Below are positions 18,359-29,438 of a stretch of 64,000 bases of DNA, one piece after another. A model generated the notes under the pieces. It was not told the origin of the DNA and searched no databases. It saw nothing but the letters and a program-made list of their open reading frames with translations. Source of the DNA: an uncultured Nitrososphaerota archaeon (GTDB lineage: Archaea; Thermoproteota; Nitrososphaeria; Nitrososphaerales; Gagatemarchaeaceae); assembly GCA_963838925.1 (NCBI GenBank), contig CAWISW010000003.1:1-64000 (forward strand), read 5' to 3'. A program made the translations under genes and the position numbers. How positions within the stretch are numbered: position 1 is the stretch's first letter; each line of letters begins with the position of its first letter.

Positions 18359-19035
18359 GCCCGATACTCCGCGAGATCGCGAGGATGGTCCGCGAGAGCA
18401 AGGACCCAAGGGCGACCGCCCTGGCCGAGCTCAAGGAGACGGAGGAGGGCGACCCCTTCAGGATACTCATCGGCACGATACTCTCTCAGAGGACCCGCGA
18501 CGAGAGGACCAGCCTGGCCACTGACAGGCTCTTCAGGCGCTTCAAGAGCCCGAAGGCGCTCGCCGGGGCCAAGGAGAGCGAGGTTAGGGAGCTCATCAGG
18601 CCGGTGGGCTTCTACAACACGAAGGCGAAGAGCATCATCAAGGTCGCCAAGAAGCTCGTCCAGGAGTTCGGAGGGAAGGTCCCCTCCGACATGGACGCGC
18701 TGCTGTCGCTGCCTTCGGTGGGCCGGAAGACAGCGAATTGCGTGCTGGTCTACGGCTTCGACACGCCCGCGATCCCGGTGGACACTCACGTGCACCGGAT
18801 CTCGAACAGGCTGGGGCTCGTAGAGACCAAGACCCCGGAAGAGACCGAGGCTGAGCTCGTGAAGGGCGTTCCGAGGCGCTATTGGCTGAAGCTCAACGAC
18901 CTCTTCGTCCGGTTCGGGCAGACCACGTGCAGGCCCGTCGGGCCGAGGTGCGGAGAGTGCGCCCTTCGGGCGAAGTGCAAGTACTACAGAGAGGTCGTCA
19001 GGCCGAGGGAGCTCATGCTCGCGCGCGCCCGCTAG
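18319..19035 (+). CDS. nth: Endonuclease III (HhH-GPD DNA glycosylase)
   Basis: [20 protein letters not shown]-x6-C-x2-C-x5-C FeS motif. Confidence 0.95.
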   Translation: MARERAVADRSDIGPILREIARMVRESKDPRATALAELKETEEGDPFRILIGTILSQRTRDERTSLATDRLFRRFKSPKALAGAKESEVRELIRPVGFYNTKAKSIIKVAKKLVQEFGGKVPSDMDALLSLPSVGRKTANCVLVYGFDTPAIPVDTHVHRISNRLGLVETKTPEETEAELVKGVPRRYWLKLNDLFVRFGQTTCRPVGPRCGECALRAKCKYYREVVRPRELMLARAR

Positions 19036-19558
19036 AGGACTCGTTCTGGTACCTGCCGCTGTAGAGTTCCTTCGCGGGCGACTCGTTCCTGATGAAGACG
19101 AGCTGGATCAAGGCCTCATCCTTGTGGACCCTTGCGTCGAGCGGCGTGAAGATCGTCTGGGTGGGCTCGCCCGAGTAGCCGCTGTCGAAGACCGCGCTCT
19201 CGAGCTTGATGATCCCCAGCCGGTTGACAGTCGAGCGGGGGAAGGCGAAGCCGGTGCAGTCCGCCGGGACGGTCACCTTGGGGAACCTGAGCTCGTAGAG
19301 GTTCCCCTTGAGGAAGTCGTAGAAGCCCTCCTTGTCCGGGGTGACGAGCTCCTTAACGTCGACCACCTTTGGCTTCCGCCCCTTGCGCCCCCGGGCCGCT
19401 GAGGGGGCGATGTAGCCCCGCTCGTCGCCGTGCAGGTAGATCTTGAAGCCCCGAGGGACGAGCTTGACCTCCTTCGGCGAGAGGTCGACGCCGTTCGGGT
19501 TGACCTTCTTGTAGGAGGAGCACGACTTTGCGACGTCCCTGCCGCTCAGGACTGACAC
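19013..19558 (-). CDS. Trimeric dUTPase/dCTP deaminase family protein
   Basis: [34 protein letters not shown]; GTG start at 19558 is inferred. Confidence 0.85.
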   Translation of the reverse strand: MSVLSGRDVAKSCSSYKKVNPNGVDLSPKEVKLVPRGFKIYLHGDERGYIAPSAARGRKGRKPKVVDVKELVTPDKEGFYDFLKGNLYELRFPKVTVPADCTGFAFPRSTVNRLGIIKLESAVFDSGYSGEPTQTIFTPLDARVHKDEALIQLVFIRNESPAKELYSGRYQNESSSGRARA

Positions 19559-19602
19559 AGCGTCGGCCACGGTTCGGGCCGCGGATAAAAGCGAATCCCC
19601 GG

Positions 19603-19767
19603 TCAGGTCTTCTTGGACCAGATGAGCGACTTGCACTTGTGGCAGACGATCCCGTCGAAGACAACCCCCTTCTTGTCGCGGACGGGCTCGACGCTCATCA
19701 TTGTCCCGCCGCAAGACATGCACTTCGTCTCGGAGGGCTCCTGTGAGACCTTCGACCAATCCATCAT
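19603..19767 (-). CDS. Small Zn-ribbon protein
   Basis: CMSC ... CHKC in 54 aa. Confidence 0.65.
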   Translation of the reverse strand: MMDWSKVSQEPSETKCMSCGGTMMSVEPVRDKKGVVFDGIVCHKCKSLIWSKKT

Positions 19768-19889
19768 AAAGTAGGTGAAGTAAATGAGGGCCGATGAGTC
19801 CTCTATCTCCATTGCAGGCTCGAACGGATTCCCTAGAGGGAAATCCTAGGGTTTAAACCCCACTTTCTTGGTTCGCCTGTCGCGCCAAC

Positions 19890-21113
19890 ATGGAGACACT
19901 ATTTGCGAGGTCGGTAGAAGACGCGGCGAGGCTCCTCAAGCTGACCGAGGACGACTACAGGCTCTTCGAGAGGGTCGAGGCCGCCTGCGACGAACTCGTC
20001 CTCCCCGAGTTCGAGAAATACGTCGAGAGGAAGTTCAACGACAAGATACCCGAGATAGTCAAGAAGCACCGCCTCATGGGGATCCCGATCTCGAAGAAGT
20101 ACGGCGGCGAGGGGGCGAGGCCTCTCGTGCACGCGCTCACGCTCGAGAGGTTCGGGCAGCTCGGGCTGGGAGTCATCACGTACGTGGACGTCCACCAGGC
20201 CCTCGGCAGCCTTACAGTCCAAGAGTGGGGGAACGACGAGCAGAAGCAGAGGTACCTCACCAAGGCCGCTACGGGGGAGGTTGTCTTCGCGTACGCGCTC
20301 ACGGAGCCCGAGGCAGGCAGCGACCCCTCTGCGCTGAAGACCACCTTCAAGAAGGACGGCGCGAACTACTACATCAGCGGGTCGAAGTACCTGATATCGA
20401 ACGGGTCGGTGGCCAACAAGCTGATCGTCTTCGCGCTCCCCGAGGGACAGCAGAAGGGCGTTACGGCGTTCCTAGTCGACAAGGACGCGGCAGGCTTCTC
20501 CGTCGAGATGAGGATGGAGGAGAAGATGGGGCTCTTCACCTCGGACACGTCGCTTCTCTCGCTCGACAACGTGAAGGTCGCGAAGGAGGACGTCCTGGGG
20601 GAGGAGGGGAAGGGCCTCTCGGTGGCATACGCGGCGCTGCTCAACGGGAGGATGGGGATAGCGTCCGGATGCCTCGGAGTGATGGAGGACTGCATCAACC
20701 AGGTCAAGGAGCGGGTGACCTCGAGGACGCAGTTCGGCAAGCCGATCGGGAAGCACCAGCTCATCCAGAGGCACATCGCCACGATGGTGGCGAACCTCGA
20801 GTCGTCGCGCTGGCTCGTCTACCAGGTCGCCCTGAAGAAGGAAGAATACGACAACAACAGGGGCAACCTCGAGATGAGGACCGAGGTGGACAGGGCCAGC
20901 GCCGTCGCCAAGTACGTCTCCTCGAGGGCCGCCTACAACACCGCTGACGCTGCCGTCCAGTGCTTCGGGGGCTTCGGGTACTCCATCCTCTCGCCGGTGA
21001 CCAAGCACCTGCTAGACACTCGGGTCGCGAGGATCTACGAGGGGACTGACGAGATAATGGAGCTCAAGATCGCCTCGACGGTCCTAGGAAGAGAGTTCGA
21101 GGCCTACAAGTAG
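19890..21113 (+). CDS. Acyl-CoA dehydrogenase
   Basis: ALTEPEAGSD, GSKYLISNG, RTQFGKPI, FGGFGY, IYEGTDEI. Confidence 0.95.
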   Translation: METLFARSVEDAARLLKLTEDDYRLFERVEAACDELVLPEFEKYVERKFNDKIPEIVKKHRLMGIPISKKYGGEGARPLVHALTLERFGQLGLGVITYVDVHQALGSLTVQEWGNDEQKQRYLTKAATGEVVFAYALTEPEAGSDPSALKTTFKKDGANYYISGSKYLISNGSVANKLIVFALPEGQQKGVTAFLVDKDAAGFSVEMRMEEKMGLFTSDTSLLSLDNVKVAKEDVLGEEGKGLSVAYAALLNGRMGIASGCLGVMEDCINQVKERVTSRTQFGKPIGKHQLIQRHIATMVANLESSRWLVYQVALKKEEYDNNRGNLEMRTEVDRASAVAKYVSSRAAYNTADAAVQCFGGFGYSILSPVTKHLLDTRVARIYEGTDEIMELKIASTVLGREFEAYK

Positions 21114-21128
21114 ATCTGCTCAGTCGCC

Positions 21129-22682
21129 CTAATCCATGTAGTCGAGGAGAGTGGCAGGCTTGGTTGGCTTGCTCTTCTCGGTCCTCTTCGCGCCGCGGTT
21201 TGGCGAGACGATGCTCTTCATGAACTTCTCCCTCCGAAGGCTGCTGTAGAAGTATGCCTCGTCCACCGTCCCTTCGGCGAGGAGGACGATGACCTTGCCG
21301 CGCATCGTCCGGCCAGTCCGACCCTTCCTCTGTATCGCCCTGATCTCAGAGGGGACGGCCTCGTAGAAGACGACGAGGTCGACGTCGGGGACGTGGAGGC
21401 CCTCCTCGCCGATGCTGCTGCTCACGAGGACCTTGAACTCGCCCTCGGTGAACTTCTCTAGGACGTCAGTCTGCCTCTTCTGGTCCATCCCCTCGCTGTC
21501 GGTCTTGTTCGCCTGCCCCACGAACCTCTGAGCGCGGACCCCGTCCTTGGCCAGCGTCTCGACGATCGACTCGATTGTGTCACGGTACTGGGTGAAGATG
21601 ATTATCTTGGAGGCGGCCTTTCCGGCGAACTGCGACTTCACTATCGACCTTACCTCGGTGAGCTTGGGGTACTCGATGCCTTTGATGCGATTGGCCTCGT
21701 CCTCGAGCATGACCCACCTAGGGTCCTTCAGGAGGGCGGTCGCCGACTTGCCCTGCTCCGGCTTCTCCCGCATGCGCTTGAGATACTTCAGGAGGACGTC
21801 CACACCCTGCGTCTCTGCGAGCTCTATCGCGTGAAGGATCATGATCGACTGCGCCTGGTTGATCAGGGCGCCGTAGAGGTAGCCTTTGTTCCCGCCGCCC
21901 GTCCTGAGCCTCGCCGCTATTGTCGCCCTCGCTTGGAGGAGCATCTTCTTCGAGAGCCGGGTCCGCGGGAGGAACCCCGACTCCATTAGCTTGCTGACCT
22001 TCTCGTTGTAGATGTCACGAAGGATGCTGAGGAGCTGGCCGTACTCCTGCGGGAGAGCGACCTTCCTGCCCACGAACTCTGTCTCCTCCACGTAGCCCTT
22101 GACGTCCTCGTCCTCCTCGCTGCGAGCCTCCACGTGCTCGATGAAGAGGCTCTGGGTGATCTCGTTGATCTTCTCCCTCGAGCCGCCGGGCGAGGCCGTC
22201 AGGCCCAGGATGAGCGGCGTCCAGGCGGTCTCCTTGTAGACCTTCGCGACCTCGGTGTAGGAATAGTCCTTGACTGAGCGGTGGGCCTCGTCGAAGACCA
22301 GCAAGACTACGTCGTTGAGCTCAATCCGGCCTTGGCGCAGGTCGTTCCTGACGGTCTGGGGCGTCGCGAAGATGTATTTCGACCTCCTCCAAAGATAGCT
22401 GCGCTCCTCGGGGGGGTTCTCACCAGTAAGGAGAGTGATGTCCTTCGACTGGAGGGAGAGGATCTCCTTGAAGGAGTTGTAGTGCTGCAGGACGAGGGGC
22501 TTGGTAGGTGCTAGGATGACGACCTTTCCGTTAGGGAACTTTTCGAGCCTGATCTTCGCGACGAGCAGCGCAATCAGGGTCTTCCCCAGCCCAGTGGGAA
22601 GTACGACGAGCGTGTTTGCCTGCGAGGCGGCCTCGGCTATCTTCTGCTGGTACTCTCGGGGCTGGAGGGAATTTGGGAGCAT
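21129..22682 (-). CDS. Hef/FANCM-Mph1-type SF2 helicase (no C-terminal nuclease domain)
   Basis: LPTGLGKT, FDEAHR, LTASPG, IGEEGLHVP, QRKGRTGR. Confidence 0.92.
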   Translation of the reverse strand: MLPNSLQPREYQQKIAEAASQANTLVVLPTGLGKTLIALLVAKIRLEKFPNGKVVILAPTKPLVLQHYNSFKEILSLQSKDITLLTGENPPEERSYLWRRSKYIFATPQTVRNDLRQGRIELNDVVLLVFDEAHRSVKDYSYTEVAKVYKETAWTPLILGLTASPGGSREKINEITQSLFIEHVEARSEEDEDVKGYVEETEFVGRKVALPQEYGQLLSILRDIYNEKVSKLMESGFLPRTRLSKKMLLQARATIAARLRTGGGNKGYLYGALINQAQSIMILHAIELAETQGVDVLLKYLKRMREKPEQGKSATALLKDPRWVMLEDEANRIKGIEYPKLTEVRSIVKSQFAGKAASKIIIFTQYRDTIESIVETLAKDGVRAQRFVGQANKTDSEGMDQKRQTDVLEKFTEGEFKVLVSSSIGEEGLHVPDVDLVVFYEAVPSEIRAIQRKGRTGRTMRGKVIVLLAEGTVDEAYFYSSLRREKFMKSIVSPNRGAKRTEKSKPTKPATLLDYMD

Positions 22683-22786
22683 GAAGATGGCATGGACATC
22701 GCTTCGAGATTAATAGAAAAGGATTTGTCGGCTCCGCGAAGAAATACGCACATATAATCAACGGTATAGCCTCTGCTCAAGCAAAC

Positions 22787-23746
22787 TTGGACAAGATTCG
22801 GGTCGAAGCCCCGGCGTCCTCGGCAAACCTTGGCCCCGGCTTCGACGTCTTCGCACTCGCCCTAGACAGCCCCAAGGATACGGTCAGGCTGCGAATCGGG
22901 AGCCGACCGGGGGGGCGGGGTCCATTGGTGCGGATGGCGAAGGTCACCGGGCTTCAAGTGCCGGGATCAGCGGCCGAGAACGGGGCCTGCGTGGTCTGCT
23001 CCGCGATGGCCAAGGAGCTTGAAGTGAAGAAGGAGATTATCGTTGAGCTTGACAAGCGAGTCCCAATAGGTCTCGGGATGGGAAGCAGCGGGGCCTCGGC
23101 GGCCGCGGCTGCTGTGGGGATGAACGAGCTGCTGGGCCTAGGCCTCAGCTCTGACGAGCTGATCTTCTACGCGGGCAAGGGCGAGGGGGCAACTTCTGGA
23201 TTCCCGCACTATGACAACGTGGCCGCCTCAGTCCTCGGGGGCTTCGTTGTTGTGAGGGGAGGTGCCGGCGCGAAGCCGAACGCTGTCAAGTTCGAGCCGC
23301 CAGCTGGCCTTGCTGTCTGCGTCGCCACCCCCGTGGTGAGCCTGCCCAGCAGAAAGACCGAGTACGCGCGGTCCCTCCTACCGGCTTCCGTCCCACTCGA
23401 GACGCTAGTCGCAAACGTCGCGAACGCGAGCCTGATGGTCTCCGGATTCGCCAAGAAAGATATCAAGCTGATAGGGAAGGGGATGACGGACAAAGCGGTT
23501 GAGCAGGCGAGGAAGCAGATGATTCCCGGTTACGACTCGGTCAGGTCCAGAGCAATCGCCGCGGGGGCGGAGGGGGTATGCATCAGCGGTGCCGGCCCCT
23601 CGATGCTCGCGATAGTCGACAAGAGGCGGACTCAGCCCAAGAAGGTCCTTGATTCTATGATCGCAGCCTTCGGGGAGGAAGGAGTAAAGTCGAGCGGGTA
23701 CGTCACGCGCGTCGGAAGGGGAGCGAGAGTTGTCAAAAGTAGCTAA
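22787..23746 (+). CDS. thrB: Homoserine kinase
   Basis: PASSANLGPGFD, GLGMGSSGAS, HYDNVA, ISGAGPS. Confidence 0.95.
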   Translation: MDKIRVEAPASSANLGPGFDVFALALDSPKDTVRLRIGSRPGGRGPLVRMAKVTGLQVPGSAAENGACVVCSAMAKELEVKKEIIVELDKRVPIGLGMGSSGASAAAAAVGMNELLGLGLSSDELIFYAGKGEGATSGFPHYDNVAASVLGGFVVVRGGAGAKPNAVKFEPPAGLAVCVATPVVSLPSRKTEYARSLLPASVPLETLVANVANASLMVSGFAKKDIKLIGKGMTDKAVEQARKQMIPGYDSVRSRAIAAGAEGVCISGAGPSMLAIVDKRRTQPKKVLDSMIAAFGEEGVKSSGYVTRVGRGARVVKSS

Positions 23747-24956
23747 GGGCTGGACTCAGAGGTGCGTCGGGTGCGGCGCGACCTATGGCGAGGACGTGAG
23801 GAGCTACGAGTGCAGCCGCTGCTCGAACCTCCTGGAGCTGGTCAAGGAAGGGCCGGTCTCGAAGAGCGGGCTCTACGGGGAGACGGGGCAGCCAGGAATT
23901 TGGAGATACAGGAAGGCGCTCCCTCTGGAGCCAGATGTGAAGGCGGTCTCCCTCTGGGAGGGCTACACCCCTTTGGTTCTCGTGAGCAGGGTCGCAGCGA
24001 AGGTCGGGCTCAAGAACCTCTACGTCAAGAACGAGGGGCAGAACCCCTCTGGCTCCTTCAAGGACAGGGGCATGACCGTTGCGGTCACTCGGGCGGTCCA
24101 GGGAGGGTCCAAGCTCCTGATTTGCGCCTCGACGGGTAACACAGCCGCCTCCATGGCGGCCTACGCGGCGAGGGCGGGCGTCACGGCGATGGTGACAGTG
24201 CCAGCGGGGAAGGTCGCGTCTGGGAAGCTCGCCCAGGTTTACGCCTACGGCGCCAAGATCATCCGGGTCGAGGGGGACTTCGACGCCGCGCTTTCAATCA
24301 CTCTGAAGGTCGCCGCAGAGATAAAGGAGCTCTCCGTGATGAACTCGGTCAACCCCTACAGGATAGAGGGGCAGAAGACCAACGCGTACGAGATCTACGA
24401 GCAGCTCGGCCACAAAGTGCCGGACTATGTCGTACTGCCTGTGGGGAACGCGGGCAACATCAGCGCGATTTGGAAGGGGTTCAAGGAGCTCAAGGAGTGG
24501 GGGATCTCGAGCTCGCTGCCCCGGATGGTGGGGGTCCAGGCCGCGGGGGCCCAGCCCCTAGTCGAGGCGTTCGAGCACGGCCGCGACTCCGTGAAGGCCG
24601 TCCAGCCGAAGACGATCGCGTCTGCCATAAACATCGGGAACCCTGCGTCATGGAAGAAGGCCCTCGCAGCCCTCAGGGAGTCGAACGGCATCGCGCTAGC
24701 GGTCGCGGACGAGGAGACCATCGCGGCGAGGATGGACCTGGCCTCGAGCGAGGGGATATTCGTGGAGCCCGCGAGCGCGGTCCCGCTTGCGGCGCTGAGG
24801 AAGCTGATAGGCAGGATCGAGAAGGACGCGACGGTGGTCTGCATCTGCACCGGGAACGGGCTGAAGGACCAGGAGAGCGTGAAGGTCCAGCTCGATTCGA
24901 CTCCTTTGGTGGCGAACCCCGACCAGATGGTCAGCCTGCTGGCAAAGACTGCCTAG
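23730..24956 (+). CDS. thrC: Threonine synthase
   Basis: NPSGSFKDRG PLP lysine, ASTGNT, PVGNAGN, TGNGLKD; overlaps thrB. Confidence 0.95.
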   Translation: MSKVAKGWTQRCVGCGATYGEDVRSYECSRCSNLLELVKEGPVSKSGLYGETGQPGIWRYRKALPLEPDVKAVSLWEGYTPLVLVSRVAAKVGLKNLYVKNEGQNPSGSFKDRGMTVAVTRAVQGGSKLLICASTGNTAASMAAYAARAGVTAMVTVPAGKVASGKLAQVYAYGAKIIRVEGDFDAALSITLKVAAEIKELSVMNSVNPYRIEGQKTNAYEIYEQLGHKVPDYVVLPVGNAGNISAIWKGFKELKEWGISSSLPRMVGVQAAGAQPLVEAFEHGRDSVKAVQPKTIASAINIGNPASWKKALAALRESNGIALAVADEETIAARMDLASSEGIFVEPASAVPLAALRKLIGRIEKDATVVCICTGNGLKDQESVKVQLDSTPLVANPDQMVSLLAKTA

Positions 24957-25100
24957 GCCGACGCCTGTCCGAGGCTCTGCAGGAACTCCGACACGTCCTC
25001 TGTGAACCTCTTGTTCTCCCAGAGGAAGAAGATGTGGCCTCCCTTGGACTCGATGAGGTTCGAGCCCTTGATTCCGGAGTGCAACTCCTCCACGAGCCCC
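24953..25100 (-). pseudogene. C-terminal remnant resembling an alpha/beta hydrolase
   Basis: EELHSGIKGSNLIESKGGHIFFLWENKRFTEDVSEFL resembles the catalytic-His C-terminal segment; no start codon or N-terminal part. Confidence 0.45.
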
Positions 25101-25101
25101 C

Positions 25102-25935
25102 TCAGGCATTGCCAGCCTTGTGGTGTCGCGAGGCGAGCCTGATCACGTTGGTCGTGTTCTTGCTGGGGCCCACGTCGATGGTGTCGTTCGTCGTTATCCG
25201 CAGGCCCTTCCTCGACTTTGTGACGCCGAAGAGGTGCGCGTCCGCGTCGCGCATAAGCAGGATCCTGAAGCTCGAGCCCCAAGGGACGGTGTAGCGGAGA
25301 GGATGCAGGCTGGTCTCGTCCCTCGAGGTGTACGTGGGGGCGATGTGGCAGACGCCCACTTCGCCCTTCCCTATCACGGTGAACTTCTCGGGCTCGAGCT
25401 TGTCGCCGCGGTCGAGCTTGTCGAGGTAGGAGTAGTATCCGGTCGCCCCCGCCGAGGTCGTGATTACTATGCCATTGGAGACGGCCGCGTCGGTGAAGTC
25501 CAAACCCTCGCCGCGGACGTTGACCGTGTAGCGGATGCAGTTGCTGTCCGCTCCCTTCTCGAGCGAGACGTCGGTGAAGATCTCTCCCCTGAACTCGCCG
25601 GCGTTGATCGAGACCTCGAGCCGCCTGTTCTTCACGACGGTGTGCCTGCCCGCCTTGACCTCGCGGAGCGCCGCCTCCAACCCGGTGAGGTAGACCTCTG
25701 CGAGGCGGGCCTTCGAGTCCGTCGGCCTCCGAGACTTGGTCCCCACGAAGAGCAGTGGTATCGCGAGCTGCCTGCCCTGATAGCTGAAGAGCCCGTCGCC
25801 CCCCACCACCACGCCGAAGTCGGGGTTGGACGTGGAGTACTCTATCCCCGACTTCTTCAGGACGGAGACGACCTCGGCCTCGCTGACCTTGGGCCTCTCA
25901 GTGTCTACCAGGACGGTCGCTTTCAAGGCGCTCAC
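25102..25935 (-). CDS. NAD kinase-like protein (divergent)
   Basis: VVVGGDG motif; [14 protein letters not shown] matches the DG...TP.GST.Y motif, but NE is replaced by TD. Confidence 0.75.
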   Translation of the reverse strand: MSALKATVLVDTERPKVSEAEVVSVLKKSGIEYSTSNPDFGVVVGGDGLFSYQGRQLAIPLLFVGTKSRRPTDSKARLAEVYLTGLEAALREVKAGRHTVVKNRRLEVSINAGEFRGEIFTDVSLEKGADSNCIRYTVNVRGEGLDFTDAAVSNGIVITTSAGATGYYSYLDKLDRGDKLEPEKFTVIGKGEVGVCHIAPTYTSRDETSLHPLRYTVPWGSSFRILLMRDADAHLFGVTKSRKGLRITTNDTIDVGPSKNTTNVIRLASRHHKAGNA

Positions 25936-28031
25936 GAGACTCCCCCTCCAGGCATGGCGTCTAACTGCTTCTTCAAAGCCGCTACGTCGGTGACGGGGGC
26001 CCTGCAGGCGAAGTTCTCGCAGACGTAGACCGTGGGCATCCCCTTGATGCTGGCCTTGCCCTCGATGAGCTGCGCCAGTGCCGGGTCGCCGTCCGCCAAG
26101 GCCAGGACCTTGGTCGGGAGGTAGCGCGTCTGGATCTCCCTGACCATCGCGTTGAGCTCCTCCGGCTCCCAGCCCTTCGTGACGACGACCTCCTTCGAGC
26201 CGAAGGAGAAGTCGACGGCGGCGAGCATGTCGAGGTAGCCGGTGGGCGCCGACTCCATCGAGTCTGCGAAGAGCTTCATGGTGGTCTCCGCCATCTCCCG
26301 AAAGTCCTGGTTGCCCGTGAACTCAGCGAGTCGGAGGAGGTCGAGGGCGGCCACCGAGTTTCCGGACGGCGTCGGCCCGTCGTAGCCCTCCTTGATCGCC
26401 ACGATCTCACCCCCTGGCGGCTTCAAGAAGAATCCTCCCGCCTCGGCGTCCCAGAGGAGGGCGACCATCTCCTCCGCCAGCATGATTGCTGCGGAGATCC
26501 ACCGCTTGTCGAAGGACGCTTCGTAGAGGTCGAGGAGGCCAGCGATCAGGTAGGAGTAGTCCTCCAGGTTTCCCGGTATCGCCACGTCCCCGTCCCTGTA
26601 TCTCCTGTAGAGCACCGGGCTCGCGCCTTTCTTGACGAGCGTGGAGAGGACGAACTCGGCGCTCCTCGTCGCAGCAGCGAGGTACCTCCCGTCCTGGAGC
26701 GCCTGGTATGCGCACGCGAACCCCGATATGGCGAGCCCGTTCCAGGACGCGAGTATCTTGTCGTCGACCCTGGGGCGGTTCCTATCCCTCCTGGCCTTGA
26801 GCAGCGCCTTCCTTCCCCTCTCGAGCGCCTCCTCGAACTGCTCCACGGTGAGCCTGAGCTTCGCCGCTCCCTTCTCGGTGCTCGCGGTGACGTTGAGTAT
26901 CGACCTGCTCCCCTCGAAGTTCCCCTCGGGCGTGACGCCGTAGTATTCGCAGAAGACCGCGCCGTCCTCCTTCCCGACGAGCTTGGAGACCTCGGCGGGA
27001 GTCCACGTGTAATAGTAGCCCTCGCCCTCGGGGGTGTCGGCATCCTGCGCAGAGTAGAAGCCGCCCTCCGGAGACGTCATCTCCTCCATGATCCAGTCGA
27101 GGGTGTCCCTCGCGGTCGCGGAGTACCTCAGCATGCGCGTCGCCCTGAAGGCGTCCGCGTACACCTTGGCGAGGAGTGCGTTGTCGTAGAGCATCTTCTC
27201 GAAGTGGGGGACGAGCCAGTATCTGTCGGTCGAGTACCTGTGGAAGCCCCCTGCTAGGTGGTCGTGGATGCCCCCGTCCGCCATCGAGTCGAGCGTCTTC
27301 AGGACGGGGTTGAGCGCGGAGCCCTTGCCCGTCCTGGCGTTGTAGCGCAACAGAAAGCCGAGGTAGCTCGGGAGCGGGAACTTTGGCGGGCGGCCGAACC
27401 CCCCGAACTGCGAGTCGTGCAGAGAGACGATGACGGCGTAGGCGTTGTCCAGCAGGAGCTTCGAGAGCGTCCCCTCGCCCTTGAGCGCGTAGCCGTCGCT
27501 AATCGCCTTCGTGATCTCCTCCGAGCTCTGGACGACCTCCTGCCGCTTGTTCTTCCAGGTGTCCGCGATGAAGTTCAGGACATCGGGGAAGCCGGGGAGG
27601 CCGTGCCTGGGGACGGGAGGGAAGTACGTCCCCCCGTAGAAGGGCTTAAGGTCGGGCGTGAGGAAGACGGAGAGGGGCCATCCTCCTTGCCCCGTCAGCG
27701 AAGTTACGGCTTTCATGTAAATCTCGTCGAGGTCGGGCCTCTCTTCTCTGTCCACCTTAATCGAAACGAATTTTTCGTTCATGATGGCCGCGGTCTTCGC
27801 GTCCTCGAAGGACTCGTGAGCCATGCAATGACACCAGTGACATGTCGAGTAGCCTATGCTAAGGAAGATTGGCTTGTTCTCGGCCTTGGCTTTGGTGAAC
27901 GCTTCCTCTCCCCAAGAATACCAATTAACGGGGTTGAACGCATGCTCAAGCAGATAGGGACTCTTTTCATTTATGAGCCGGTTGGGCTTGCCTGCCCCTT
28001 GCATATTCGGTTTGGTTTCTTCGGAACCCAC
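25932..28031 (-). CDS. Thioredoxin domain-containing protein YyaL/DUF255
   Basis: [39 protein letters not shown]. Confidence 0.93.
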   Translation of the reverse strand: MGSEETKPNMQGAGKPNRLINEKSPYLLEHAFNPVNWYSWGEEAFTKAKAENKPIFLSIGYSTCHWCHCMAHESFEDAKTAAIMNEKFVSIKVDREERPDLDEIYMKAVTSLTGQGGWPLSVFLTPDLKPFYGGTYFPPVPRHGLPGFPDVLNFIADTWKNKRQEVVQSSEEITKAISDGYALKGEGTLSKLLLDNAYAVIVSLHDSQFGGFGRPPKFPLPSYLGFLLRYNARTGKGSALNPVLKTLDSMADGGIHDHLAGGFHRYSTDRYWLVPHFEKMLYDNALLAKVYADAFRATRMLRYSATARDTLDWIMEEMTSPEGGFYSAQDADTPEGEGYYYTWTPAEVSKLVGKEDGAVFCEYYGVTPEGNFEGSRSILNVTASTEKGAAKLRLTVEQFEEALERGRKALLKARRDRNRPRVDDKILASWNGLAISGFACAYQALQDGRYLAAATRSAEFVLSTLVKKGASPVLYRRYRDGDVAIPGNLEDYSYLIAGLLDLYEASFDKRWISAAIMLAEEMVALLWDAEAGGFFLKPPGGEIVAIKEGYDGPTPSGNSVAALDLLRLAEFTGNQDFREMAETTMKLFADSMESAPTGYLDMLAAVDFSFGSKEVVVTKGWEPEELNAMVREIQTRYLPTKVLALADGDPALAQLIEGKASIKGMPTVYVCENFACRAPVTDVAALKKQLDAMPGGGVS

Positions 28032-28034
28032 GAT

Positions 28035-28604
28035 TTAAGGCTGAGCGTGGGGGTTTCGCGCTTGGCTTGAAGGCCGCTGCCCTGCCGGATAGTACTTGCG
28101 CAGCTCCCCGACGCGGCCCATCCATTCTGGCACGGACTTGCCGTCGAGCTGAGCCTCCAAACGATCGAGGAAGGCGTGCATCCCGGGCGCGAAGCCGATC
28201 GCCGTCCCCCGGGTCAGCCGGCGGAAGGTGAACGTCATTAGCGTCTCGAGCCCGTCTCGGGTAAGCTCCCACCGGACTATCGAGTCCTCCCCCGAGGGGA
28301 GCTCGGGGCGAGGCGCGACCTTCCACTCGTGCTCGAAGAGGCGGGGCGGGTCCCACGACAGTATGCGGCCGGTGACGTGGAGCTGCGAGGGCCCGCTCAC
28401 GAAGTCTATCGACCCGTCCCTCCCACCGGAGATGGTTGCGCGCGTCATGTACCAACCCCGAAGCTCCTCCGGGTCGGTGATGGCCGACCAGACCTCCTCG
28501 GGGGGATGCCCTATGCGGCGGGAGAAGGTGATCGTGGCGTAGCCGCCGTCGAAGGTGAGGGTCCCGGGCGGCGGCGTGACTTTCTCGGAGTTCGACATCC
28601 TCAC
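28035..28604 (-). CDS. SRPBCC (AHSA1/START-like) domain protein
   Basis: HPPEEVWSAITDPEEL.GW, WDPPRLFEHEW; coupled to an ArsR gene. Confidence 0.88.
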   Translation of the reverse strand: MRMSNSEKVTPPPGTLTFDGGYATITFSRRIGHPPEEVWSAITDPEELRGWYMTRATISGGRDGSIDFVSGPSQLHVTGRILSWDPPRLFEHEWKVAPRPELPSGEDSIVRWELTRDGLETLMTFTFRRLTRGTAIGFAPGMHAFLDRLEAQLDGKSVPEWMGRVGELRKYYPAGQRPSSQARNPHAQP

Positions 28605-28948
28605 TCTTCTCCTTTGGATGTTGCGCGCTTCTTTTCGAGGTGGCTCTCTAGCGAGTCGAGGCGGTCAGACCAGAAAGGACGGTATATTGACACCCACCGG
28701 TCGAGCTCTCGGAGCCTTTCCGGACGGAGCGCGTAGATCCGCTGCTGCGCCCGCGGGTGCACCTCCACGAGGCGAGCCTCTCGCAGGACTCTCAGGTGCC
28801 TCGAGACGGCGGGCTGGGTCAGCTGGGGGAACGCCTCCACGAGCTCTCCGGCGGAGCGATCCCTACTGGCGAGGAGGACGAGTATCCGGCGCCTCGTAGG
28901 CTCGGCGACCGCTGAGAAGACGTCCGTGGGCCTACCCTCGCCGGCCAT
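28601..28948 (-). CDS. ArsR/SmtB family transcriptional regulator
   Basis: FSAVAEPTRRRIL, TQPAVSRHLRVLREA. Confidence 0.92.
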   Translation of the reverse strand: MAGEGRPTDVFSAVAEPTRRRILVLLASRDRSAGELVEAFPQLTQPAVSRHLRVLREARLVEVHPRAQQRIYALRPERLRELDRWVSIYRPFWSDRLDSLESHLEKKRATSKGEE

Positions 28949-28954
28949 CCTCGG

Positions 28955-29392
28955 TCACTTTTTCCAATCTGAGCTTGGCATCGCCTTTGGCTGCGTTATG
29001 CCGAAGGGGTTTCCGTCGGGATCGGTGAAAGCCGCGGCTATCGCCCAAGGGTATTCGACTGGCTCGGACCTGAACCTCACGCCGCGCGCCTTGAGCTCAG
29101 CGTATGCCTTGCGGCAGTCCTTGACCTGGAAGTTCCAAGATGTCCCGTTGCCGGCACTCGAATGGCTGGGCGGTACGCCCTCGGTCCTCGACCCGGCCTG
29201 CCACAGCGATATCTCGATGTCCTGGCCCTTGGGTGCGACGGTAACCCACCTGGGAGCTCCCGGCGGAGCCATGTCCGCTCGTTTCTCCAGTCCCAGGGTC
29301 TTCGTGTAAAAGTCGAGGGCTGCCTCTTGGTTCTTCACAACGACAGTGACAAGGGTCAACTTCTCGAGCATCGGCGGCTTCTGGGAGTCCAT
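28955..29392 (-). CDS. VOC/glyoxalase family protein
   Basis: ALDFYTKTLG ... FTDPDGN. Confidence 0.9.
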   Translation of the reverse strand: MDSQKPPMLEKLTLVTVVVKNQEAALDFYTKTLGLEKRADMAPPGAPRWVTVAPKGQDIEISLWQAGSRTEGVPPSHSSAGNGTSWNFQVKDCRKAYAELKARGVRFRSEPVEYPWAIAAAFTDPDGNPFGITQPKAMPSSDWKK

Positions 29393-29438
29393 GGCGCGTG
29401 CATAATTCAGTAGTTATATAAGGCTTGGCGCATATAGC

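Noticed and set aside
19826-19860. Palindromes upstream of the acyl-CoA dehydrogenase gene (CCCTAG..CTAGGG, GGGTTTAAACCC)
   Set aside because: Single occurrence overlapping the TATA box with no adjacent regulator; too weak to call.
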